NCBI GenBank assembly: GCA_963732385.1
Contig: CAVSZB010000007.1
Coordinates: 1,184,001-1,248,000 of the forward strand
Direction: 5' to 3'
DNA length: 64,000 nt
DNA from: an uncultured bacterium
GTDB taxonomy: Bacteria > Krumholzibacteriota > Krumholzibacteriia > LZORAL124-64-63
This document shows, in pieces, positions 41,803 to 52,454 of this stretch (positions are counted from its first letter, which is position 1; each line of letters starts with the position of its first letter). The position numbers were made by a program, and so were the translations under genes. The notes under the pieces were generated by a model, which was given only the letters and a program-made list of their open reading frames with translations, was not told the DNA's origin and ran no database searches.

Positions 41803-42930
41803 TCAGGCGGCCGCGGCCAGCAGGCCGCCGACGATTTCGGCCAGCGCCGGCGCCGCGGTCAGGCCGGGAGATTCGATGCCGATGAGGTTCACCAGTCCGG
41901 CCAGCTCCCCCGTCTCGCTCCGCAATGCGAAGTCGGCGAACCCCTCGCGCGCGCGCGCCAGGCGCGGGCGTACGCCGGCCCAGTCGGGGGTCAGATCGTC
42001 CGGCGCGAGGAACGGCAGGAAACGGCTCGCGCCGGCAAAGAAGGCGTCGCGGCGGACCGGGTCGACCGCGTGGTCCTCGCGCGGGACCGGCAGCGGCTCC
42101 ACGTCCGGCCCCAGCCGCATCCGGCCCGACAGATCGAGACAGAGGTGCACCCCGAGGCTCGACCCGTCAGCCGGCGGCACCGGATAGACGAGGCGCGCCA
42201 CCCGCCCGGCGTGCCGCGCGGCGAGCGCGAAGTAGTTCCCCTTGCTCCAGCACAGGCGCAGGCCGGCCGCGTCCACGTCGAGCCCGGCCAACGCCGCCAC
42301 CGCATCGCTGTGCAGTCCGGCGCAGTTGACCACCCGACGGCTGACGTGGGTCCAGGTCTCGGCGCCGCGTCGCGCCGTCACCTGCCAGACGCCGGCCGCG
42401 GGGGCCAGAGCGGTCACTTCCGCCCCGGTCAGCACCTGCGCGCCGCGCTCGGCGGCCAGACGGCCGTACGCCTTCGCCGCCCCTTCGGCGTCCAACACGG
42501 AGGTGCGCGGCGACCAGAGCGCGGCCACGGCGCGCACATCCGGTTCGAGCCGGGCCAGTTCGGCGCGCCCGACGAGCCGCAGGTCCTCCACGCCGTTCTC
42601 CCGCCCCTGCGCCAGCAGACGCTCCAGCTCCGACTCCTCCCGCGGGTCGACGGCTACGATCAGCTTGCCGCACTCGCGCCAACCGACCCCCGCCGCGGCG
42701 CAGAACTCCCGCAACAGTCTCCGGCCGCGCACGCAGGCGTGCGCCTTGAGCGATCCGGCCGGATAGTACATCCCGCCGTGCGCCACCTCGCTGTTGCGCG
42801 CGGTCACCCCCGCGCCCAGGCGCGCCTCCTTCTCCAGCAGGACGACGGCGCCGCTGCGGCGCGCCGCCTCCGCGGCGACAGCGCAGCCGACAATGCCGCC
42901 GCCGATCACCGTGACGTCGAGCTCAGTCAT
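41803..42930 (-). CDS. FAD-dependent oxidoreductase, L-2-hydroxyglutarate oxidase-like
   Basis: 'IGGGIVG', 'RNSEVAHGGMYY', 'KGNYF', 'YPVP', 'GIESPGLT'. Confidence 0.85.
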   Translation of the reverse strand: MTELDVTVIGGGIVGCAVAAEAARRSGAVVLLEKEARLGAGVTARNSEVAHGGMYYPAGSLKAHACVRGRRLLREFCAAAGVGWRECGKLIVAVDPREESELERLLAQGRENGVEDLRLVGRAELARLEPDVRAVAALWSPRTSVLDAEGAAKAYGRLAAERGAQVLTGAEVTALAPAAGVWQVTARRGAETWTHVSRRVVNCAGLHSDAVAALAGLDVDAAGLRLCWSKGNYFALAARHAGRVARLVYPVPPADGSSLGVHLCLDLSGRMRLGPDVEPLPVPREDHAVDPVRRDAFFAGASRFLPFLAPDDLTPDWAGVRPRLARAREGFADFALRSETGELAGLVNLIGIESPGLTAAPALAEIVGGLLAAAA

Positions 42931-42945
42931 GGCCGCACGCCGCGC

Positions 42946-43449
42946 TCACTTCGCCTGGTCGGTGTAGGTCTTGAAGTCCATCTTCTCGAAGTCCCGGCTG
43001 CTGATGTAACCGAGGATCTGCAGGAAAGTGGGCGCGTCGACGTAGCCCGGCAGGTTGGTGATGCGGGTGCGGCCGTCCTTCTCCACGAACCAGATCGTGG
43101 GCAGGCCGCGCACGAAATACTCGGTGGCATGCTTCTGGTCCTCGGTGGTGTTCACGGCTACCGCGACGAAATCGCGGTTCACCGCCGCCACGACCGCGGG
43201 GTCGACATAGGTTTCGGCCTTCATCTTCCTGCAGTACCCGCACCAGTCGGCCCAGAAGCTGATCAGCAGCGGGCGACCGGTCTCCCGGGCACGCGCGATC
43301 CCCTCGTCGTAACCGAGCCAGACGATCCCGGTCACCGGCGCGGGCGCCGCCGGGGCGCCAGCGGTGGCCACGTCGCCTGCGCCGGCACGCGGGGCCAGGA
43401 ACGAGAAGCCCAGCAGGAACAGCAGCAGGAATCTCGCGCAACGAGTCAT
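42946..43449 (-). CDS. exported thioredoxin-fold protein (SoxW/DUF255-like)
   Basis: signal peptide, WCGYC, cis-Pro 'GLPT', 'LPGY'. Confidence 0.85.
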   Translation of the reverse strand: MTRCARFLLLFLLGFSFLAPRAGAGDVATAGAPAAPAPVTGIVWLGYDEGIARARETGRPLLISFWADWCGYCRKMKAETYVDPAVVAAVNRDFVAVAVNTTEDQKHATEYFVRGLPTIWFVEKDGRTRITNLPGYVDAPTFLQILGYISSRDFEKMDFKTYTDQAK

Positions 43450-43473
43450 GGGAAGCCTCCCGGAATGCCGCGT

Positions 43474-44112
43474 CTACTCGTGCGGTCGCGGGGCCGAACC
43501 GCTGATCCGGACCCCGGACGTGTCGGCGCCCGCTTCGATGACGAGCCGGGCGTGCCCCTCGACCGCGACCGTGCCGCGCACCGCGGCGCCGTTGCGAATA
43601 ATCACTATCGTCGAGTCGCCGGGCAAGGGGCTCGGGTTGTCCACGCGCACCCCGCCGGCCAGCAGCGAGCCCGCGCGCGCCTCCAGCCGGCCGCGTACGA
43701 GCGAAACCGGTCCGTCCACCCGAGCGCCGTCGAGGTCGATCAGACCGTTGTTCAACTCGACGGCGCCGGTGACCCGGGCGCCGCGACCGAGCCGGATCAG
43801 GCCGTTGCCCACGTCGAGCGTGGCCGCGCTCACGCTGTCACCCAGTTCGATGTTGCCGTTGATCACCGCCACCGGACCACCGATCCGCGCGCCGGCGGCG
43901 GCCGTCACGTTACCCGCCTTGAGCGTCACCCCGCCGGTGAGCTCCGCGCCGCGCCCCAGCGAAACGTTGCCCACGGCCAGCGCGACATCGCCGCGGCGCG
44001 TGCGGTTCGCCGCCAGGTTGAAATCACCCACCGCGCAGCCGGCGGCCAGCAGGGCCGCCAGGACGAGGATCATCCCGGCCCGCCGTCCCGTTCCACTTCC
44101 TGTCGCCATCAT
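43474..44112 (-). CDS. hypothetical lipoprotein with beta-helical repeats
   Basis: lipobox LAAGC; repeated 'G.V.L..G' units. Confidence 0.6.
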   Translation of the reverse strand: MMATGSGTGRRAGMILVLAALLAAGCAVGDFNLAANRTRRGDVALAVGNVSLGRGAELTGGVTLKAGNVTAAAGARIGGPVAVINGNIELGDSVSAATLDVGNGLIRLGRGARVTGAVELNNGLIDLDGARVDGPVSLVRGRLEARAGSLLAGGVRVDNPSPLPGDSTIVIIRNGAAVRGTVAVEGHARLVIEAGADTSGVRISGSAPRPHE

Positions 44113-44816
44113 CCGCTCCTCTCAGCCACGGGCTGCAAATCCGGCGGCCACGGCCAGCCCGCGGGCAGCGGCGCCTCGAAAATCAGGGGCGCCCCGCCCA
44201 CGGGGTGGCGCACCGCCAGCCGCCAGGCATGCAGGGCGATGGCCCACCGCGCCGGACCGCGCGCGCCGTACTTGATGTCGCCCAGGACAGGGCAGCCGTC
44301 CAGGGCCAGTTGCACCCGGATCTGGTGGCGGCGCCCCGTGACCGGCTCGACCTCCAACAGCGCCGCGCCGGCGGTCCGCTCACGCACCCGATAGGCCAGC
44401 CGCGCCTCGCGCGCGCCGGGAAAAGGCGTCGCGGCGGCGGGGGTGCGCCCCTGGGGATCGGCCCGGTCGCCCAGCCAGGCGGTCAGCGTCGCCGCGTCTG
44501 CGGCCGGCGCCGGCGCCACCACGGCAAGATACGTCTTGGCCACCGTCCCGTCGCGGAACTGCGCGCTCAGCCGCCCGGCCGCTTTCGAAGTCCGCGCCAG
44601 CAGCAGCACCCCCGAAACCGGGCGGTCGAGCCGGTGCACCAGCCCGATATAGACCCTGCCCGGCTTCTCATAGCGTTCCCGGAGATACGCCGCGGCGAGA
44701 TCCACCACCGAAGGATCCCCGGTGCGATCACCCTGGGCCAGCAGGCCGGCCGGCTTGACGACCGCCAGCAGGTGATTGTCCTCGTAGAGGATGGGCAGCT
44801 GTCCCGCGTCGTTCAC
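44109..44816 (-). CDS. RluA-family pseudouridine synthase
   Basis: 'KPAGL', 'VHRLDRPVSG', 'TGRRHQIR', 'GDIKYG'. Confidence 0.92.
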   Translation of the reverse strand: MNDAGQLPILYEDNHLLAVVKPAGLLAQGDRTGDPSVVDLAAAYLRERYEKPGRVYIGLVHRLDRPVSGVLLLARTSKAAGRLSAQFRDGTVAKTYLAVVAPAPAADAATLTAWLGDRADPQGRTPAAATPFPGAREARLAYRVRERTAGAALLEVEPVTGRRHQIRVQLALDGCPVLGDIKYGARGPARWAIALHAWRLAVRHPVGGAPLIFEAPLPAGWPWPPDLQPVAERSG

Positions 44817-44955
44817 CGCCTCAAATTAGCAGAGAGCGCCCGGCGCGCAAAGCGCGTTGCCACGAACGCCCTCTGGCTGACAGATGAACGGCGATCCGCT
44901 ATCATGCCGTGGTCTCGCGCCGTCCGCTGGCCGTACCTCCATGCGGGAGTCGAGC

Positions 44956-46063
44956 ATGACCGACCTGAAGCGCCTCTTCCTGCTGGTTTCCCTCCTGGCG
45001 GGATACTTCCTGATCCGGCTGCTCGGCCCCGTGCTGACCCCCTTCGTGCTGGCGGGGATCCTCGCCTACATGTGCGACCCGCTGGTCGACCGGCTGGAAC
45101 GCTGGCGGCTGAAACGCCCGCTCGCCACGGCCGTGGTGATGACACTCGGCTCGCTGCTGCTGCTCGCCGGCCCGCTGATCCTGCTGCCGTTCGTCTACGC
45201 GAAGATCGTGGCATTCAGCGGACACCTGCCGGAATACCTAGCCTGGCTGAACGACGTCGCCTTCCCCTGGGCCCAGCAGAAGCTGCTGCCGCTCGCGGGC
45301 GGGAGCGACTGGCCGGCCCTCCTGCGCGACCGCCTCGCGCAGCACCTCGGCGGCGTGACCGGCTTCCTCCAGACGCTGCTGGGCCGTCTGATGCAAAGCG
45401 GCAAGGTCGTCACGACCTTTCTGGCCAACCTGCTGCTGACCTTCGTGGTCTTCGGTTATCTGCTGCAGGATTGGGACCGGATCCGCGAGCGGGTCCTGGC
45501 GCTTGTGCCCCGGCGCCACGAAGCGCTGGTGTGCAGCATCGGCGACGAGGTCAATCACGCGCTGGGCGCCTTCCTGCGGGGACAGCTGCTGATCATGGCC
45601 TACGTGGCCGTTGCGCTCGCGATCGGCCTGCTGTTCGTCGGCGTCGATCTGGCGGTGCCGATCGGCCTGCTGGCCGGCGCGATCACTTTCATCCCCTGGG
45701 TCGGCTCCGCAGTGGGCGTCACCGTGACGGTGCTCGCGGCGCTGCTCCAGTTCCGCGACCTCCTCCACCCGGCGCTGGCCCTGGGCGTTTTCGCCCTCGT
45801 GCAGCTGATCGGCGACAATATCGTCTCCCCCCGCATCATGGGCGGTCGGATCGGGGTCCACCCCGTGGCGATCGTCTTCGCCATCCTGGCCGGCGGCCGG
45901 CTGTTCGGCCTGTTCGGTCTGGTGCTCGCCGTGCCGGCTGCCGCGGTGCTCAACGTGGTCGGCGACCATGCCGTGCGCCGCTACCGCGAGAGTCGTCTCT
46001 ATCTGGACACCCCTCCCAGCCGGCGCCAGGGCCGCGGCCGACGCCGGGCCCGCGCAAGACCGC

Positions 46064-46071
<8 letters not shown>
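44956..46071 (+). CDS. AI-2E/PerM-family transporter
   Basis: multi-TM; 'FLRGQL', 'FIPWVG', 'PRIMGGRIGVHP', 'GLVLAVP'. Confidence 0.88.
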
Positions 46072-48202
<2,131 letters not shown>

Positions 48203-48220
48203 CGACGCCCCGCGGCACGC

Positions 48221-49132
48221 TCAGGCGACGGAATCCGGGGGGCGGGATGATACGGTTCCCGCTGTTTTTTCCCGCGCCAGCATGAGCGCCGTCAGGACCA
48301 GGGCCAGGCCGACCGCGGTGCGCCCGCGGGCGACCGTCTCGCCGAACACGAGCCACGCCACGAGCACCCCCAGCGGCACCTTCAGGTTGTTGGCCACGGC
48401 GAGCAGGCCGGCCGACACGCGCGATGCGCCCCGGTTCCAGAGATAGAATCCGAGCGCCGTCGGCAGCAGGCCCAGGTAGAGGAGAGCGAACCACGCGCCC
48501 GGCGCGCGCAGGGGCGCCACGCGGTCCGGATCGGCCACCAACAGCGCCAGCAGTCCGGTGCACACCGCCGCCCCGAGATACATCCACGCGGTCAGCGTTG
48601 CCCCGGCGGGACCGGCCGGCGGCGTTCGCCCGGCGCCCGGTCCCTGGCGCGCCAGATCGCGATAGGCGAGCTGCCCTGCGGCGAAGCAGAGGTTCGCTCC
48701 CTGCACGAGCAACGCGCCACGCCAGGCCGGCGCTTCCCCGCCGCCGCGCCAGACCACGACCGCCGCCCCGACCACCGCCAGCGCCGCGGCGACCAGGCGC
48801 CGCCCGCGCACCCGACGCGCACGGGCATCATCCAGGAGGACAACGTACAGCGGAGTCAGAACGGTCAGCACGGCAACGGCAGCCGCCGTCAGATCCCGGA
48901 AGGCCGCGGTGTAGAGAACGTACATCAGGCCGAACTGGATCGCCCCCCAGGCGAAACAACGCCGGCGCAACGCGGGGGCCAGCCGCGCGGGGCGCAGCCA
49001 GGGCAAAAAGACCAGGCAGCTCACCGCCAGACGCAGGAACGCCACGACGAACGGGTCCGCCGCGACGAGCCGCTGCTTGATCAGCCCGAACGAGAAGGCC
49101 CAGAGGATCGAGACCAGTACCAGGTACGTCAC
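48221..49132 (-). CDS. EamA/DMT-family transporter
   Basis: about 10 TM segments, 'LWAFSFGLIK', 'YLWNRG'. Confidence 0.85.
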   Translation of the reverse strand: MTYLVLVSILWAFSFGLIKQRLVAADPFVVAFLRLAVSCLVFLPWLRPARLAPALRRRCFAWGAIQFGLMYVLYTAAFRDLTAAAVAVLTVLTPLYVVLLDDARARRVRGRRLVAAALAVVGAAVVVWRGGGEAPAWRGALLVQGANLCFAAGQLAYRDLARQGPGAGRTPPAGPAGATLTAWMYLGAAVCTGLLALLVADPDRVAPLRAPGAWFALLYLGLLPTALGFYLWNRGASRVSAGLLAVANNLKVPLGVLVAWLVFGETVARGRTAVGLALVLTALMLAREKTAGTVSSRPPDSVA

Positions 49133-49280
49133 GCCGATCTCCAGTTTGCGGGTGTCGCCGCAGCGTAGCCGTGTCGGCCGCGCGAGGCAAATGTCATCGC
49201 GCGGTCAGGCGTCGCACCGAAGACCCGTGCGAGGATAAGTTCTTGCGCACGCGCCGGCGACCTGTGGTATACATGACGCG

Positions 49281-49386
49281 GTCGCGCGCTCCGCGCTGGC
49301 GGGGCGTCACGACCCGAAAGGCAGTTGACTTTCTGCCTGGGTGCGCTGGGCCTGCCCCTGCACGCGTGTGGGGGCAGGTTCTTTTT
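49281..49386 (+). ncRNA. candidate small structured RNA (three hairpins, the last a terminator)
   Basis: promoter-like TTGCGC and TGgTATAC upstream; two stems, then CCTGCCCC/GGGGCAGG + TTCTTTTT; no ORF; family not recognised. Confidence 0.45.
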
Positions 49387-49496
49387 CACCTCCCGGCCGG
49401 CTGGCGGCCACCCTGCACTTGCAACGAACCGCGCAACGGGCGTAATTTGCCAGGTGTCACGCGCGATGGACGCGCGCGTACCGGAGGAGCGGCGCC

Positions 49497-49679
49497 ATGC
49501 TCTGGATCGTCATCGCGCTCGGACTGCTGGGACTGGCGGGGCTGGCGCTCTTCATCCGGATGGTTGTCCTGCCCCGTCCGACGCGGGTGTCGTTGATCGT
49601 GATGGGGTTCGGGCTCCTCCTGGCCGTCGCCTGCGTCCTGCTCGTGCAGAGCATGGTGGCCCGCGCGCGCACCGGCTAG
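49497..49679 (+). CDS. small two-TM membrane protein
   Basis: GGAGGAG RBS; two hydrophobic helices. Confidence 0.65.
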   Translation: MLWIVIALGLLGLAGLALFIRMVVLPRPTRVSLIVMGFGLLLAVACVLLVQSMVARARTG

Positions 49680-49717
49680 TCCCCCGCCTGCCCGGCCTTT
49701 GCCCCCCCCATCAACGC

Positions 49718-49751
49718 AGAGGCCGCCCCTCCCCGCGGATGGGCGGCCTCT
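49718..49751. terminator. hairpin between convergent genes
   Basis: 11-bp stem AGAGGCCGCCC/GGGCGGCCTCT. Confidence 0.65.
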
Positions 49752-49784
49752 CGTTCAGGCGGACGGGAACGCTGCGGCTCCCGC

Positions 49785-50783
49785 TCAGATCTTGTCCATC
49801 ATCTCAAGCAGGTCGACCACCCGGCTGGAGTAACCCCACTCGTTGTCGTACCACGACAGCGTCTTGAGCATGGTGCCGTCGATGACCTGCGTGTACTCCG
49901 CATCGAAGATACACGAGTGCGGATCGCCCACGATGTCGCTCGACACCAGGGGATCCTCGCTGTAGCGCAGGACATTGCGCAGGCGCGGGGTGGCGGCCGC
50001 GGCCCGCACCGCCTCGTTCACCTGCTGCACCGTGACCTGCCTCTTCATGATCGTCACCAGATCGACCACCGAGCCGTCGGGAATCGGCACGCGGATGGCC
50101 ATGCCGTCGAGCTTTCCCTTCAACTGCGGCAGCACCTTGCCCACGGCGCGCGCGGCGCCGGTGGTCGTGGGGATCGTGTTCTCCGCCGCCGCGCGGCTGC
50201 GCCGCCAGTCGGAGTGCGGCACGTCCGCGAGGCGCTGGTCATTCGTGTAGGCATGCACCGTGGTCATCATGCCGTGCTCGATGCCGAACTCCTTGTCCAG
50301 GACGTAGGCGAGCGGCGCCAGGCAGTTCGTGGTGCACGAGGCGTTGGAGACGATCTTGTGCTCCGGCCTGAGCGCCTCGTTGTTGACCCCGACGACGATC
50401 GTGGCGTCGATCTCGTCCTTCGCCGGCACCGTCAGCAGGACCTTCCGGGCGCCCGCCGCGATGTGGACCGCGATCTGGTCCTTCTTGCGGAAGCGGCCGG
50501 TCGCTTCGACGACGAAATCCACGCCCAGCTCCTTCCACGGCAGCTGCGCCACCTCGGGAATGGCCGTCATCTTCACGGTCTGATGCCGCGTCTTCATGAT
50601 GTCGCCCGTCACCTCGGCGATGCCCTTGAACTGTCCCATGACCGTGTCGTGCCGGAGCAGATAGGCCAGCGCCAGCGGGTCGGCGATGTCGTTGACGGCC
50701 ACGACCTCCACACCGGGACGATCGTTGAGCAGCCGGAACACCGCGCGGCCAATGCGGCCGAAGCCGTTGATTGCGATCTTCAT
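49785..50783 (-). CDS. gap: type I glyceraldehyde-3-phosphate dehydrogenase
   Basis: 'INGFGRIGR', catalytic 'SNASCTTNCLAP', 'TVHAYT', 'WYDNEWGY'. Confidence 0.95.
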   Translation of the reverse strand: MKIAINGFGRIGRAVFRLLNDRPGVEVVAVNDIADPLALAYLLRHDTVMGQFKGIAEVTGDIMKTRHQTVKMTAIPEVAQLPWKELGVDFVVEATGRFRKKDQIAVHIAAGARKVLLTVPAKDEIDATIVVGVNNEALRPEHKIVSNASCTTNCLAPLAYVLDKEFGIEHGMMTTVHAYTNDQRLADVPHSDWRRSRAAAENTIPTTTGAARAVGKVLPQLKGKLDGMAIRVPIPDGSVVDLVTIMKRQVTVQQVNEAVRAAAATPRLRNVLRYSEDPLVSSDIVGDPHSCIFDAEYTQVIDGTMLKTLSWYDNEWGYSSRVVDLLEMMDKI

Positions 50784-51805
50784 CGCGCCACCTCCTGGGC
50801 CTCGATGTGCTTCGCCATCAGCCGGGCCAGTTCGAGCAGCCGATATGCGTAACCCCAGCCGTTGTCGTACCAGATGATGCACTTGATCATGCCGTTGCCC
50901 AGCGACATGGTCGCCTGCGCGTCGAACACCCCGGAGGCGGAATTGCCGATCACGTCGCTCGACACGATCGGTTCCTCCGTGTAGCCGATCAGCCCCTTGA
51001 ACCGCCCTTCCGACGCCTCGCGCACGATCGTGTTGACCTCGGGCGCCGTGAGCGGCTTGGCCAGTTCCAGATTCAGATCGATCACCGAACCGGCCTGCAC
51101 CGGCACGTTGAGCGCCATTCCCGACAGCCGGCCCTTCAGTTCGGGCAGCAGGGCCTGCACCGCGTGCGGCGCCCAGGACTTGTTGGGGATGATGTTCTGC
51201 GCCGCCGAACGGCTCCAGCGCAGGCCCGGCTTGGCCGTGTCGCTGAGCTGCTGGTCGCTGGTGTAGGCATGCACGGTCGTCATGAAGGCGCGCCGCACCC
51301 CCACCCCTTCGTGCAGGATCTTCAGCAGCAGCGCGAGCGCGTGCACGGAACTGCTGCCGGCGGAAACGATGTGATCGGTCGGCTTCAGCTCCTCGAGATT
51401 CACGCCGTTGATGACCACCCGGTCGATGTCGTCCTGCGGAGGCGTGGAGAGGATGACCCGGCGCGCGCCGGCCTCGATGTGCTTCTCGAGCTCCGCGCGA
51501 CGACGGAACCGGCCGGTCGACTCGATCACGATGTCCGCGCCGAGCACGTCCCACGGCACCTCGCCCGGCTGCGAGCCGCGCAACACCCGCGCGCGCTGCC
51601 GGCCCGCGACGATGTAGCGTCCCTCGCGCCGCACGTCGGCCGCGAATAGCCCCTCCACAGTGCTGAACTTCAGCAGATAGGCCAGCGAGTCGATGTCGGC
51701 GACGTCGCTCACCGCCCGGAACTCGATGTCGGGCTGATCGTAGGCGATACGGAACATGTTCCGCCCCAGCCTGCCGAAGCCCATGATTCCAATCCTGACC
51801 GCCAT
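50780..51805 (-). CDS. GAPDH paralogue lacking the catalytic Cys
   Basis: 'GFGRLGR', 'ESTG', 'TVHAYT', 'WYDNGWGY', but 'SAGSSSVHALA' in place of SNASCTTNCLA. Confidence 0.85.
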   Translation of the reverse strand: MAVRIGIMGFGRLGRNMFRIAYDQPDIEFRAVSDVADIDSLAYLLKFSTVEGLFAADVRREGRYIVAGRQRARVLRGSQPGEVPWDVLGADIVIESTGRFRRRAELEKHIEAGARRVILSTPPQDDIDRVVINGVNLEELKPTDHIVSAGSSSVHALALLLKILHEGVGVRRAFMTTVHAYTSDQQLSDTAKPGLRWSRSAAQNIIPNKSWAPHAVQALLPELKGRLSGMALNVPVQAGSVIDLNLELAKPLTAPEVNTIVREASEGRFKGLIGYTEEPIVSSDVIGNSASGVFDAQATMSLGNGMIKCIIWYDNGWGYAYRLLELARLMAKHIEAQEVAR

Positions 51806-51997
51806 CTTGACCTTCCTTTGCTCGCAGGGGGAAACGAGCCGAGCGCCGCAACCTTACGCGCCCTGCCGCCCCCCGCCAATCAGTTCTTGCGCCCCGCCGC
51901 GGACTGGCGGACAGCCCCTCCGCGGTCCATATTGTCCGCCCGCACGGCGGTCACCATCCGCGCCGGATACGCCGCGCCGACCCCCAGGAGACGCTTC

Positions 51998-52330
51998 ATG
52001 CCGACCTACGAATACGAATGCCTCAAATGCAGCCATACCTTCGAGGAATTCAAGGAGATCACCGCCCCCCCCCGCGCCCGCTGTCCCCGCTGCCGGGGTA
52101 AAGTCCGGCGCCTCATCAGCGGCGGCGCCGGCTTCGTTTTCAAGGGTTCCGGCTGGTACGCCACCGACGCACGCAGCAAGAGGCCCAGACCGGCGTCCAA
52201 GCAAGAAGAGGGCCCGGCCACGACCCCGGCCGTCGACACCACGCCGCCCCCCGCCGCCGAACCGTCCAAGCCCCCCCCGACGGAGACCGCGCCACCGAAG
52301 GCAGGCAAGGAACCCCGCCGGAAATCCTGA
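51998..52330 (+). CDS. FmdB-family zinc-ribbon protein
   Basis: 'MPTYEYECLKC.H.FE...CPRC', 'FKGSGWYATD'. Confidence 0.9.
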   Translation: MPTYEYECLKCSHTFEEFKEITAPPRARCPRCRGKVRRLISGGAGFVFKGSGWYATDARSKRPRPASKQEEGPATTPAVDTTPPPAAEPSKPPPTETAPPKAGKEPRRKS

Positions 52331-52454
52331 TCCCCCACCGATTCCCGTGCCGCGCACGGACCACGCTCATCAGGCCGGGGCCGCGCGGGTGTTGCCGCCC
52401 CGCCCGGCTCGTGATAGCGTCCGCCGCCCACGCCCCCCAGATCAGGAGTTCACC

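Noticed and set aside
41599..44394. 931-aa + strand ORF, and similar long ORFs at 12785-15124, 19490-21355, 23098-25266 and 45950-48118
   Set aside because: They lie antisense to well-supported genes, are Arg/Ala/Pro-rich and show no motifs. These are shadow ORFs caused by high GC.
49785..51851. apparent 688-aa GAPDH fusion ORF
   Set aside because: The upstream half is an off-frame read of the neighbouring paralogue. The true gap starts at 50783 with an AGGAGG RBS.
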